NCBI RefSeq assembly: GCF_004010195.1
Contig: NC_057716.1
Span: 52,689,713 to 52,753,712, forward strand
DNA: 64,000 bases
Reading direction: 5' to 3'
Source of the DNA: Chiloscyllium plagiosum
Taxonomy: Eukaryota
In this document: one piece after another, positions 37,350 to 49,996 of the stretch
Layout of the letters: every line of letters starts with the position of its first letter
How positions within the stretch are numbered: the stretch's first letter is position 1
Notes under the pieces: generated by a model
What the model was told of the DNA's origin: nothing
The model's database searches: none
What the model saw: only the letters and a program-made list of their open reading frames with translations
Position numbers and translations under genes: made by a program

Positions 37350-38560
37350 TAGAACATAAGATGTAGGAGCAAAGTTGGCCATTCAGGCCCCCAAGTCGGT
37401 TCTACCATTCAATGAGATCATGACTGATCTGAAAATCCTTAGCACCACTTTCTGCCTATAGCTCTCTGCAGTAAAAAAATTCTACAAGTTCAATAACCAC
37501 CAAGAGAAGAAATTTTTCCTCATCTGTGTCTTAAATGGATGACTCCTTACTCGGAGATTATGCACTCTAATCCAAAACTCTCCCACAAGGGGAAACAACC
37601 TTTCCACATATACTTTATCAAACCCATCCTCCTCAAGAATCTTACATCTTTCAAAAAGGTTGTCTCTCATTCTTCTAAACGCTATTGTGCCCAACTTACT
37701 CAACATTTCCTGTTGCAAAAATTCCTGCATACCCAGATTCAACCTCGTGAACATTCTCTCGACTCCCTCCAATGCAAATATATTTTCCTTAGTTAAGGAA
37801 ACTGTTCAGTTTTCTAGCTATGGGCTGACTAGAGTCTGTATAGATTTAGCAAAACCTCCCTACTTTTATAAAGACAAAGAACAAAGAAAATTTACAGACC
37901 AGGAACAGGCCCTTTAGCCCTCCAAGCCAAAGTACATTTGAGCTGATCCAAATGTACTGTCTAAACCTGTCGGTCAAATCCTAAGCATCTGTATCCCTCG
38001 ACTCCCCACCTACTCATGCATTTATCCAGATTCATCTTAAATGAATCTACCGTGCCTGCCTCTGCCACCTCTGCTGGCAATGCGTTCCAAACGTCTACCA
38101 CCCTCTGTGTGAAGTACTGTGTGAAATACTCCATTCCCTTTGAAGTAAAGGTCAACAATCCATTTGCCTTCCCTATTTGCTGCTGAAGTAAGATGCTAGC
38201 TTTTGCAATTCATGCACAACAAATCCCCAAATTCCTCTATACTGCTGTTTTCTGTAGTTTCTCCATTTAAATAATATTCAGCAATTCTGTTCTTCATGCC
38301 AAAGTGCATAGCCTCACATTTTCCCACATATATTCCATCTACCAAACTTTTTGCCCACTTGCTTAACCTGTCTATATCCCTCTATAGTCTCCTTGTGTCA
38401 TTCTCACTGTAGCCTTCTCAACTATTTTTGTGTCATCCACAAGCTTGGTGATAGTGCATTCACTTTCTTCATCCAAGTCATCAATGTATGTTGTAAATAA
38501 TCGTGGCTCCAGCACTGATCCCTGTGGTACTCCACTGAAAATGGGCCCTTTATGCTGACT
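37350..38560 (-). mobile_element. CR1 (RT to 3' end) with a nested CR1 3' end at about 37870-38125
   Basis: ORF 37482-37772 and GVPQGSVL motif at about 38510-38535; nested ORF 37961-38158 with (TTCTTTG)n-type tail. Confidence 0.85.
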
Positions 38561-40261
38561 CCCTGTTGGTACATTGGTGTTTCAGCCATAGACAAAGGCT
38601 ATCAGTAGTGCTGTCCTGACATGCTCTTTATTGCAGTCCCACAAACCGTCTGGTAGTCCTTGGAGATTTGTCCAGGGGGAAGTGGGCATCATCTCTCTGA
38701 ACAGTACCCAACAAATGGAGACATTAATGTGCCAGCAGCCTCCGCAGCAAACACATTGCATGTGTAGTCAACAAAATGCCCATGTCAGAAACTGTCTGAA
38801 GATTAGTTCTCAACCTAGTCAGAGGGCCCCCATACTGTCAGTGATAAGCACAGTCTGTGGGGCTTGGCCACGGTTAGTCATCCACTCAAGTCATCACACT
38901 CAGGGGATTTGTCGGACTACAGTTCAGGGAATGGGGCATGATTAGTTTTATTTGTCGGGGATTTGCAAACAAAGTGGTCAGGATCTGTCTAGGGGCTGCT
39001 TTTCGAAGTCTTCCAGAGACCATAGGAATCTGTGCATTGGTTATTGAGGATGGTGTAAGAGGGTACTGTCATTACAAAGTGGGGCAGTCACTGCTGAAAA
39101 GAGCCTTGACTCACCAGGTGGGCAGCAGAGGCATAGATAAAGGTAGGCAAAAAGGTGGGGACAAATGGGAAACTCAAGTACATGGGGAGTAGGTGGAACA
39201 TCATCATTCTGGGAGTGATCACCACTGTAGCCTCCACATGGGAGCATAGAGGAGAACTGTAGACTGCATTAAGGTATAATGTCATTCCCTCAGGGCTACA
39301 GAGAACAGTTGGAGGTTACATTCAATGTGGTATGTCTCCAACATGAATGAATGGATGGAAATGGTCTGTTGGTGTCCAGCATGGTAAAAGATAGCAAGGA
39401 GGCTCTTGGGCCAGAAGTACTGGTGACATCAGGCAGGGCCCAGTGCTGAGAGTGTTCTCTTCCATCAATTGCCTTTCTCTGGATGAGAAATGCAACTGGA
39501 AAATATCTGGGACATTGTCCAGGGTGAGCAGAGCCAGTGTCAGTTTGATGGGCAGAAAGACAAGATCAATATATGCTGGATGCCTCGGACATTGAAAGGG
39601 AAAATACATAAAGCAAGCACTTGTAAACTCCAGTAAAATTCATTTGAAATCATTCATCACATAAAACCTGTTTATGTCTTATACTTTCTCAGAGGGACCT
39701 GGCCATAGTTAGTTATCTTTTCAGTGGCAATAAATGAAAGGCAGCACAGTTAGAGTGATTATTAGCCAGTATCCTTTCATTGTTCACATCAAGCAATATT
39801 CCTTTGCCTATCTTTCCTTATTTATTGCTAATATCTCCTTTGCCTCCTCAATGAAAACTGATAATAAATTGAGCTATCTTTTTCTCCCCAAAGGCATTCC
39901 CAATTCTGTGACAATATGTCCTTTAGTTGTTTACATGAAATGTGAATTCAGCACTTTTCCATCATTGGCTTGCTGTTTAAAATGACTCAAATTTAAACCT
40001 GAGATTTGGAGAATGAGCTGCAGCAGGAAAATCGGGCTGACATCCACTTCAGTATCTGTCCAATGGCCAACGATAACTGCAAGAGCCTTAAGTTCTATAA
40101 TCTTCCACCACCAATCTGCAGGGATGAACTCCCAAATGAAAGCAGCAATAATGCACAAAGTCACTAAATTCAGAACACAGTCACATGACCACCCTGAAGG
40201 CACATTCCAGTTATCCTCTAGTCAAAACTTGTTTTCTTCTTGTCTTCAAGGAGGAGTTAAA

Positions 40262-40420
40262 TATAGTTTAAGGGCTAAAGGGATCAAAGGGAATGGGGTG
40301 AAATCTAGAACAGGCTACTGAGTTGGATGAGCAAACATGGTCATACTGAATAGCAGAGCAGGCTCGGTGGACTGAATGGCCTATTCAAGTTGCTATTTTT
40401 CTATGTTTCTGTGTTTCTAA
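40262..40420 (+). mobile_element. CR1 3' end
   Basis: aaagggatcaaaggg...gaatggcct...ttctatgtttctgtgtttct tail. Confidence 0.75.
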
Positions 40421-41604
40421 ACATGTTGAAGTGTAACATTCAACTTATATAGTTCTGGAAAATCAATTTAATAGCTTGAAATGTAGATGGCAATAGGTCA
40501 ACATTTCAGACTGATGTATTAAAATTATTCATGTGGGACATAGCATTCAAAATGGTGTTGGAATGGTCAGAGAAAGTAAATCACGCCAAGATTAAAAATG
40601 GCTTATTTCATCACTTCACCAATTCTCTCAAGTTTTAGTTGGAAGTTTAACAAAAGCTTTGCTTCCATTGGCATAATATTACACGAACAGAGTTGTATGT
40701 CTAGTTTCCTCTCCTCATTTCACAGGCTATAAATAGAGTATAGATCATTGGATATGATAAATGTATCCCCCCAAGAGACTAACTAGAACTCAATCTTGCA
40801 GATACAATTCATATTTCACAGTTAGCTGTGCTTTATCCATTCCTCCTATTTTTTCATTCAATGTTAAAAGTAATCAATTCAAACAATAAGATGCCATTGG
40901 CTAAAGTGCACAACTTATTTCAGACATCTTTAAAATGCTGATGCAAATAAACTACTGAAATGGAGGATGTTTGGCAAAAATTCTAATTTGATTACGATCT
41001 GCCCTTGGAGAGGTCTTAAACTGTTTATTCAGCTGTACAGGTATTATTTTTAATCACTTCCACTTTAGTCTTTGACTGTATTACTATTTACATCATCTGT
41101 ACATCCCCCCTCCCACCCCCACCTCCCAACTTCCACAATCACAGCTTTGGAAAGCAAAGCTACTTTAATTTCCGATTAAAGCGAAGAATCCAATAAAGTA
41201 TTAAAAATGATGTACTGTACACTGAACACATAATAAACTGACAACTTTTGAATACCAGTAAGTATTGTCACTTACTTTTTGCAAGAAAAAGAAAATTGCA
41301 CCAGTTTGAACATAAAACATAGAAAATACCCTTCCTGTCAAAAATGTGGATTAGAATAATCTTCCTGCCGAGAAGGGCAGAGATCCAAATACTTCAGAAT
41401 GCAGTGTTAGTACCATAATGCCTTGTAAGCTGTGGAAGTTCTGTCCATCTTTTGAGAGGACATCCCTATCAGAGGAAGTGCAGGATGCTGTGGGAAGCAT
41501 CCAGTCTTTTCCTGATAAACACCCAGCATATTGAGTCACAGGACCGGTACAGCCATGGAATGCATGGAAGCAACCTGAACAATGGATAAACGCTATCTCT
41601 TCTG

Positions 41605-41856
41605 AGATGTGGAGGTGCTGGTGTTGGACTGGGGTGGGCAAAGTCAAAAGTCACATGACACCAGGTTATAATCCAACAGGTTTATTTGAAATCACAACCT
41701 TTTGGTGCTCTGCTCCTTTGTCAGGTGAAGTGGAGGGAAGCACATAGACACCTATAAATTCTGTGCCTGTGTGCTTCCCTCCACTTCACCTGATGATAGA
41801 GCAGTGCTCTGAAAGCTTGTGAATTCAAATAAAACTGCTGGACTTTACCTTGGTGG
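41605..41856. mobile_element. PLE family C inverted-repeat remnant
   Basis: Inverted arms about 41660-41750 and 41762-41856, each carrying a hammerhead-like motif. Confidence 0.85.
41785..41823 (+). ncRNA. Minimal hammerhead ribozyme motif (PLE family C), fully paired
   Basis: ttcac-CTGATGA-t-agagc-agt-gctct-GAAA-GC-TT-gtgaa: 5-bp stem I, 5-bp stem II, AAGCTT palindrome in place of stem III. Confidence 0.75.
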
Positions 41857-42094
41857 CAAAGGGCTTCCACAAAGTGGAACCACTCCCCTTGTGCTTCCCA
41901 TACATAAGTAGGCAGCTATTCACCAAATGTTTGAATTGAAATGCGGTATGGCTCCTTCCATTATATCACTGATCTCTTTTAGTTCTTTCAACTTGAGACT
42001 ACATGCATTTCAGACTTAATTATTATTGAAGAAATTGATGGACTGACTGATGACAAGGTTTTACCTTTAACTGACCTTAATAAGACAAGATTTA

Positions 42095-42210
42095 AGTTTT
42101 TTGGTGTGCACTGATAGTATCCCTACACCCTGAGCCAGAAGTCTAGGTTCAAGTCCCAACTGTTCCAGACATGTGTCATAACATGTCTGTATAGGTTGAT
42201 TAATGATATC
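42095..42210 (+). mobile_element. Short tRNA-derived SINE
   Basis: B-box ggttcaagtccc; homologous to 55350-55491; TAATAAGAC at 42078-42086 and 42211-42219. Confidence 0.7.
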
Positions 42211-42586
42211 TAATAAGACCAAACTGTTCTTCCCGTGAAACAACCAGATGCATTTTAGTGTCTATGAAATGGTATTAAATACAATTTACACCTTCAATAC
42301 AGCCAACTGAAACTAATTTTAATGCCATAGTTCCCAGCAAGAAATAATCCAATAAAAATATCCTTCATGGGTAAAAGTGTTTAATTTTATCCGAATGATA
42401 AAAGCTTTCAATCTTGGTAACCCTTTACTAGGTCCAGATATGAATGACGTGGTCCTAACACCTCAAAGTATATATCCAGAATGTCAATAAATTATCCAAA
42501 CAGCCAGAATTTGCTTTATCTGGGAGACAATTTGCATAAGGCTGCAGGCAAATGTAGATATTGTCGCTGTCAGTCCAGTCACTTAC

Positions 42587-42659
42587 TCCTCTTCTCACTG
42601 GATCAACAGCTTCAAGTAATATTAGTGATTCCAGTAACACAATCAAATGCTCCAAGGAA
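42587..42659 (-). other. Candidate 73-nt internal exon (open frame SLEHLIVLLESLILLEAVDPVRRG)
   Basis: ttttataatgttcttgtacAG|...agagga|GTaagtg; one of three frames is open; protein not recognised. Confidence 0.35.
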
Positions 42660-42744
42660 CTGTACAAGAACATTATAAAACTAACCATGATACTGAGCCA
42701 AATAAGTAAATATTCTGTTCCTGTTAATAAATCACAGAAGGCTA

Positions 42745-43690
42745 GTATTTGCAGGTGCAACAACATATTAGGAAGGCTGTTGGAATATTTATCTTGGCTG
42801 CAAGAGAATTTGAAAACAGGAATAGGGAAGTCTTGCTTCAATTGTGTAGAAGATTGGTTAAACCACACCTGGGATACTGAGTTTTGATATCCTTGTGTTG
42901 CAAAAGACATTATTGCCATTGAGGGAGTACAATAATAGTTCACCAGGTTTGTACTCAGGTTATGAGTAAATTGGGTAAACTGGACCTAAAGTCTCTAGAG
43001 CTCCAAAGAATGAGAGGTGATCATTAAAATGTACAAATTACATAATGGGTTAGACAGGGTAGATGCAGGTAAGCTGTTTCCCTTGGTTGGAGAGTGGAGA
43101 ACCAGGGGGCACAATTTACAAAGAAGGGGAATCTCATTTAGAACCAAGGTGAGGACTTCTTTTTATTCATTCATCACTGGGCATCACTGAGTAGGCAGCA
43201 TTTGTTGGCAATCCCTATTTACAAAAACAGCATTCATGAGTCTACCACATTACTGTGGAACTGGAATCACATACAGGCCACATCAGGTAAAGACAGTAGA
43301 TTTCCTTTCCTGAAGGAAATTAGTGAATGAATGGTTATATGGTCACCATTGGCGAGCTTTCTCTCCAGATTTTTATTGAATTCAAATTTCACCATCTGCC
43401 ATGGTGGAATTCAAACTCACATCCTCAGAACATTTACCTAAGTTTCTAGACAACTAGTCCAATGGCATTGTCAATATATCATTGCCTCCCCTTACACTCA
43501 GTGGTGAGTCTTTGGAATTCTATGTTATTGACAACTGGAGAGGTTGATAGATTTTTGACAATGCATGATATAAAGGGTTATAGGGATATTGTGGGTACAA
43601 GATATTGAAGTGCTCAATCAACTATGACTACATTAAATGACAAAGCAGGCTCGATGGGGTCAATAGCTTACTCCTATTTCTATGTTCCTA
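42745..43690 (+). mobile_element. CR1 3' portion interrupted by a DeuSINE
   Basis: ORF2 C-terminal remnants and ctcctatttctatgttcctat tail. Confidence 0.8.
43158..43490 (-). mobile_element. SacSINE1-like DeuSINE
   Basis: ttttattcattca tail, central block ggtaaagacagtagatttcctttcctgaagga, tRNA-like head (ggtggaattcaaactc). Confidence 0.8.
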
Positions 43691-44128
43691 TAGTGATGGG
43701 GAAGAGACAGGGTTGTGCAGCGATTTGAAAGGAACCATTTGCAAGGTACAGGATAAAACAAAATTCAACTGTTTTGCAGCTTAGCATTTCATCACAAAGC
43801 ATGACGGAACAAAAAAAAATCTGGGAATTTTTAAATGATTTAGAATTCCACATTATCAACACTTCTTGAGTTCCTTTGTACAAATCCAAAGGCTCTTATA
43901 ACATAATTCTAAAATCACCTAATAAATGCTAAGCATCAACTTTGTGTTGTCATCCATGTGTTAAAGCAAAAGCCCCAGTATTACTAAAATGCAAAATGAC
44001 ATTCAGCTAAATCTGCTCTCAACAGGATTAATTTTCAAATCTCCAGTAGCAACATGTTACTTGAGTCTGACAAAATGCCCTGAACATGCATTTAGAAAAA
44101 AAGTCATTTTCTTTTCCCTTTTCATTAG

Positions 44129-44923
44129 CATTACGACATGGTGGTGAATCCCTCTGTTAACTAAAGTAAACACCCAGAAAAGTTCATCTTACCCTGCAAT
44201 TTGTTAAAATATATAAGCGACAGAGAACTCCCAAATTCTACAATTTAAAGAAAACAACATCGATTTACTCTAATTTCTAAAAGTGAACATTAAACAACAA
44301 CTATGCATAACTGGTAGCCCCCCCCCCCCCATCACCCCTCCCCCAACATTCTCTGAAATGCTTATTATCTGCCTCCAACTTTATAACACTATACTGTTCC
44401 AATGAAACACTCGCTAAACTTACATCGACTTAATTTCAAAACTATGCAGCAGCTGTCGTCATCGGTGTCTTTCTTCTTTCAGCTGAAGATATTCCTGGGT
44501 TGTCTTCTTTCTTTTTTACTATGAAGAGGTTTCATATGAAAAGGTATCTTTGATAGAGAATGTTTCGATGGCAGTTACTCTATTGACGGCAGTTATTTTG
44601 TCTGACTTTCAAACTGCCTGTCTTTTTATGGACCCAACATCAGATCGTCTCATTAGTTCGATGTTGGCAAAACAATACATTCAAACTCAATTGAATTTTA
44701 GTACCTTGAGAAACAATTTAAACTGATTGGTTAAATTCAAGTTGTTGTCAAAACAGCAACCACCTCAGATATCTATTTCATGGCTAAATGTTACATATTT
44801 TCAATTTTCCAGTACACTCTGGGACTGCTAGTTAGTCATATGACAGGTGCTTGTCAGCTGTTAGTGCAAAACCACATTCAATCTCTCTTAAAAGGTAGAG
44901 TATATGCCTTCAACTTCATGACA
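44129..44923. mobile_element. Solo LTR-like insertion (795 bp) with 5-bp TSD
   Basis: ATTAG at 44124-44128 and 44924-44928; termini CATTACGA...TCATGACA (decayed TGT...ACA inverted ends). Confidence 0.65.
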
Positions 44924-46166
44924 ATTAGGAAACAGTCTCTTACCTTCAGATACAGCTGAATTGATACAGGAAAAGTCCATTACTAGCTTTAAGAACAACT
45001 ATGCACTTGCCATTCCTTTAGAGTGTATACAATGGATAAATGGAAATAATAAAATTCTATTTCAGTCCTGTGGAATTATGACTGTAAGTAAATTCAATTG
45101 CAATATACTTTTGATCTTTCAGCTATCATTTACTGGTTAAAATATGCACTGCGGTGCCAAAATGATTAATGGATGTTGTGTAGTAGTCTATAATGTTTTA
45201 CTTATGTGGATTGGAGGAAGTACATGGACTATTATTTTCTTTGATGACCAACCTTACTTTCTCTGTTGTTTTACTACCATTATAGATTCACAAAGATTTA
45301 AGCGTTTATGCATATTTTACTGTTCCAAATGCTGCTTCATGAACAGTAAATCAAACTGTAGAACTCTTATCCTAGCAACAATGATGGATGACTCAAGAAG
45401 ATTTTCACACAGCTAATCTAGTTACTTAAAATTGATTAAGTAACTTTAAGATAGATGACGATAAAAATGCTTGTAAAAAACCAACTTGGTATGCAGTATA
45501 AGACAATAAAGATTTGTAGGCATTTTTCACAGGTTACTAGTATCCTTGGAGTGGATTTTAAGGAGCTGCACAATTGGAAAACATGGCAGATGGTGTGACT
45601 GAATTTGGCACGATACAGCGAGTAGAAATGTAAAGATAACGTTGGTGGGTTTTTGCAGTGGATAGTACCTCATGCCAGCACTGATGGGCTCATTTTTGTA
45701 ATATATTTCCATGCCAATGAAGACTCATAGTGCAAAACTTTTTTTGAGAAAGCCATACTTTAAGATAAAGCCAGTGGTACATGACAATCTCACCTGGTTC
45801 ATAATAGTTTAACAGTGTTGTGTACCAGTTGGCTTTGTATAGTTGCAGCCAATCTCAGTAGTTTTCCTTGTAGAACTCGATGACACAAAGCTATACAGGA
45901 GAGTGGCAGTGTACATGAATACTTTGAATTACAAGGGTCAGTCAATGGTGAGGTAGGGAGTATGTGTATGTAAAGAACAGTCAATCAAAATGGAGAAGGG
46001 CCCAAAGGAGTTGTGTCCAGATGTGGCCTCTGACACTGTCCCAGTCCTTGCAAGATTTTAAGCTCACCTATAACATTTCAGTTATCACTGCTGAGAGTAC
46101 AATACTGGACACTTGAATAAATATTCAACAAAGAGTAAATACAAAACATAACAATGTTTCTTCCAA

Positions 46167-46718
46167 TAGAGTCACAGATGTACAGCACAGAAACAGAACC
46201 TTCAGTCCAACTCATCCATGCCGACCAGATATCATAAATTAATCCAGTCCCAGATGCCTTTTAAATGTTGTAATTGTATCAGCCTCCACCACTTCCTCTG
46301 GTAGCTTATTCCATATGTGCACCACCCTCTGTGTGATAAGGTTGCCCCTTTGGTCCCTCTAAATCTTTCCCCTCTCATCTTAAACCTATGCCCTATAGTT
46401 CTGGACTCCCCACTCCAGGGAAAAAACCTTGTCTATTTACCCTGACCATCCCCCTTATGGTTTTATAAACCTTTATAGAGTCACCCCTCAGCCTCCAACA
46501 CTCCAGGGAAAATGGCCCCAGCTCATTCAGCCTGTCCCAATAACTCAAACCCTCCAACCCTGGCAACATCCTTGTAAATCTTTTCTGAACTCTTTCAAGT
46601 TTCACAATATCCTTCCAGTAAGAGGGAGACCAGAATCGTACACAATATTCCACATGTGCTTAACTAATATCCTATACAACTGCAACATGGCCTCCCAACT
46701 CCTACACTCAATGCTCTT
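46167..46718 (-). mobile_element. 5'-truncated CR1
   Basis: ORF 46393-46653 (EYCVRFWSPSYWKDIVKLERVQKRFTRM). Confidence 0.9.
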
Positions 46719-47290
46719 CCTGAACTCTCCTGGAACCATCAACACATACCAATCATGAGGGTGCACCATGACATTTAGCCATCTCAGCAAGCTAGTTTCA
46801 ATAAATAATGATGATACAATGCACACATGAAGAAATTGAAACCATGGAATTTGAATTGTTTAGACGTAAAATTTAAAGTTGAAAAAAAACACAAAATCCA
46901 TGCCACCTTTGTGCTCTCAGTAAGTATTTTGTTAATGGCATTGCTTTTGGGCAGAAAGGACTTTCATTGTGAAGGACAGCTTCCCTATTTTCCCAGGAAG
47001 TTCTTCTATATCCTACCTTTAGATACAGCAGTGTCAGCATGAAGGAGCTTCGCCTGTCGTGGAATTGCATGTGCTTCCCTTGCATGTTGCCATCACTTGA
47101 AATTTTAATTCTGATCACAACCAAAACAGGGAAAAGCAAGAAAATGGAAGTGGTGCATAATTCCAGGTCCTGCCATGGTAATTGGGGCGTCACGGACAAA
47201 ACTCTGCTTTGGACTTATAGTCATAAAGTCAAAGATTAATATAGCATGGAAACAGGTCCTTCGGTCCAAACTGGTCCATGCTGACCATGT

Positions 47291-47383
47291 CAAGATTAGA
47301 GTGGTGCTGGAAATGCACCAGGTCAGGCAGCATCCGAGGAACAGGAAAATCAATGTTTCGAGCATGAGCCCTTCATCAGGAAT
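47291..47383 (-). mobile_element. 93-bp solo PLE/hammerhead unit with 14-bp TSD
   Basis: CATGCTGACCATGT at 47277-47290 and CACGCTGACCATGT at 47384-47397; insert begins att-c-CTGATGA-a-gggc-tcat-gctc-GAAAC-ATT. Confidence 0.9.
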
Positions 47384-47855
47384 CACGCTGACCATGTGCC
47401 CATTCAGCTAGTTCCAATTGCGTGCATTTGGTCCATATCCCTCTAAATCTTTCCTATCCCTCTAAATCTTTCCTGTCCAAATGTTTTTTTTAATGTTGCA
47501 ATTGTACCTTCCTCAACCACTTTCTCTGGAAGCCCATTGCATATATGCAACACTTTCTGTGTGAAGAAGTTGCCCCTCAGGTTCTTCCTAAATTTTTCCC
47601 CTCTTATCTTAAACCTATGCCTTCTAGTTTTCAAATCCCCATCCCTGGGAAAAAGGCTATCTATGCCCCTTATGATTTTATAAACCTCAATAAAATCACC
47701 CCACATTCTCCTACGTTCCAAGCAACAGAGTCCTATCCTGGCCGACCTCTCCTTACTAGTCCTCATAACGTCCTCATAAATCTTCTGTGCACTCTTTCTA
47801 ACTTAACTATGCCTTTCCTATAACAGGCTGATCAAAACTGTACACGATACTCCAA

Positions 47856-49996
47856 GTAGGCGGAAGTGGGTACTGCAGATGCTGGAAATTAGAGTCAAGA
47901 TTAGAGTGGTGCTGGAAAAGCTCAGCAGGTCAGGCAGCATCCGAGGAGCAGGAAAATCGACGTTTTGGGCAAAAGCCCTTAGTCAAGAATAAGGCTGGGA
48001 GCCTCAGGGGTAGAGAGATAAATGGAAGGAGGTGGGGCTGGGGAGAAGATAGCTAATAGGTGGATGGAGGTGGAGGTAACGGTGATAAGTCAGAGAGGAG
48101 GGTGGAGTGGATAGGTGGAAAGGAACATTGACAGGTGGAATAGGTCATGAGGATGGTGCTGAGCTAAAACATTGGAACTGGAGTGAGGTGGGTGGAGGAG
48201 AAATGAGGAAACTGGTGAAGACCACTGATGCCATGGGGTTGAAGGGTCCCAAGGCGGAAAGATGAGGCATTCTTCCTCCGGGCGTTGGGTTGTAAGGGAG
48301 TGGTGATGGACGAGACCCAGGATGTGCATGTCCACGACAGACTATGAGAGGGAGTTGAAATGTTTGGCCACTGGGAGGTGGGGTTGATTGGTGCAGGTGT
48401 CCTGGAGATGTTCTCTGAAACGTTCTGCGAGAAGGCGTCCAGTCTCCCCAATGTAGAGGAGGCTGCATCGGGAGCAACATATATAATAAATGACATGTAT
48501 GGAAGGGCAGGTGAAACTTTGATGGATGTGGAAGGCTCCTTAGGGCCTTGGACGAAGGTGAGGTGGGAGGTGTGGGTGCAGGTTTTGCAATTCCTGTGTT
48601 GGCAGTGGAAGGTGCCAGGAGAGGAGGGTGGGTTGTTGGCGGTGGAGGGGTGTGTGGACCTGACCAGGTAGCCACGGAAGGGACGGTCTTTCCAGAAAGT
48701 GGGTAAGGGTGGTGAGGGAAATATCTCCCGAGTGATGGGGTCCGTTTGTAGCTGGCGGAAATGCCTGCGGATGATGGTGATTGGTAGGGTGGAAGATGAG
48801 GACTAAGGGGATTCTGTTCTTGTTGCAGTTGGAGGGGTGAGGTTCGAGGGCAGAGGTCCGGGACGTGGATGAGATGCGCTGGAGGGCATCTTCAACCACG
48901 TGGGAGAGGAAGTTGTGGTCTTTAAAGAAGGAAGCCATCTGGTGTGTTCTGTGATGGGACTGGTCCTCCTGAGAGCAGATGGGACAAAGGTGGAGGAATT
49001 AGGAATACAGGATAGAATTTGTGCAGGAGGTAAGGTGAGAGGAGGTGTAGTCCAAGTAGCTGTGGGAGTCGGTAGCTTTGTAGAAAATGTCGGTGTTGAG
49101 TTGGTTATCGTTGATGGAGATGGAGAGGTCCAAGAAGGGGAGGAGGTGTCAGAAATGGTCCAGGTGAATTTAAGGTCGGGGTGGAATGTGTTGGTGAAGT
49201 TGATGAACTGTTCAACCTCCTTGTGGGAGCACGAGGTGGCGCTGATGCAGTCATCAATGTAGCGGAGGAAAAGGTGAGGAGTGGTGCCGGTTTAACTTTG
49301 GAAGATGGACTGTTCTACGTAGCCAACAAAGAGACAGGCATAGCTGGGGCCTATTTGGATGCCAATGTCTATCTCTTTCATCTGGAGGAAGTGGGAGGAT
49401 TTGAAGAAGAAATTGTTGAGGGTGAGGACCAATTCAGCATGTCAGTGGAAGGGTACTGGTAGAGACATTGGGAGAGGAAGAAATGGAGGGCTTGGAGGCC
49501 CTGGTCATGATGGATGGAGGTGCAGAGGGACTGGATGTCCATGGTGAAGATGAGGCATTGGGGGCTGGGGAAACGGAAGTCTTGGAGGAGGTGGAGGGCC
49601 CAGTTGGTGTCCCGAAAGTATGTGGGGAGTTCCTGGACGAGGAGGAATAGGACAGTATCGGGTTAAGTGGAGATGAATTCAATGGGGCTGGAGCAGACTG
49701 AGGCAATAGATTGGCCAGGGTAGTCAGATTTGTGGATCTTGGGTAGGAGGTAGAATCGGGCGGTGCAGGTTTCCCGAACTATGAAGTTGGAAGCTGTGGG
49801 TGGGAGATCCCCTGGGGTGATGAGATTTGGTGATGGGGAGGGGGTGAGCTCCTGGTCAAGGGGGCAGTAGAAGAGGTGTCTTCGAGTTGGCACCTGGCCT
49901 CAGCGGTGTAGAGATCAGTGCGCCAAACTACCACTGCACCCCCTTTATCCATTGGTTTGATGGTGAGATTGGGTTTGGAGCAAAGGGAGCAGAAGA
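47856..49996 (-). mobile_element. 5'-truncated Penelope-like retroelement (RT + GIY-YIG endonuclease, frameshifted), family A
   Basis: FYLLPKIHK, LRYIDDCIS (about 49240-49268) and VIYYICCSRCSLLYIGETGR motifs; terminal repeat 47856-47990; ATACTCCAA TSD at 47847-47855 and 49997-50005. Confidence 0.93.

Noticed and set aside
42455-42943. 162-aa ORF as a single-exon gene
   Set aside because: Its N-terminal part is antisense CR1 sequence; only the 73-nt splice-bounded part is kept as a candidate.
44941-47029. Near-identical 16-mer tacctt(c/t)agatacagc at two donor-like sites (44941 and 47014), suggesting mutually exclusive exons
   Set aside because: A 15/16 match is expected many times by chance in 64 kb; upstream sequences do not align and the 47 kb acceptor is weak.
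48145-49706. Pro/Ser-rich and Gly/Val/Glu-rich long ORFs
   Set aside because: Alternative and antisense frames of the C-rich Penelope coding strand.
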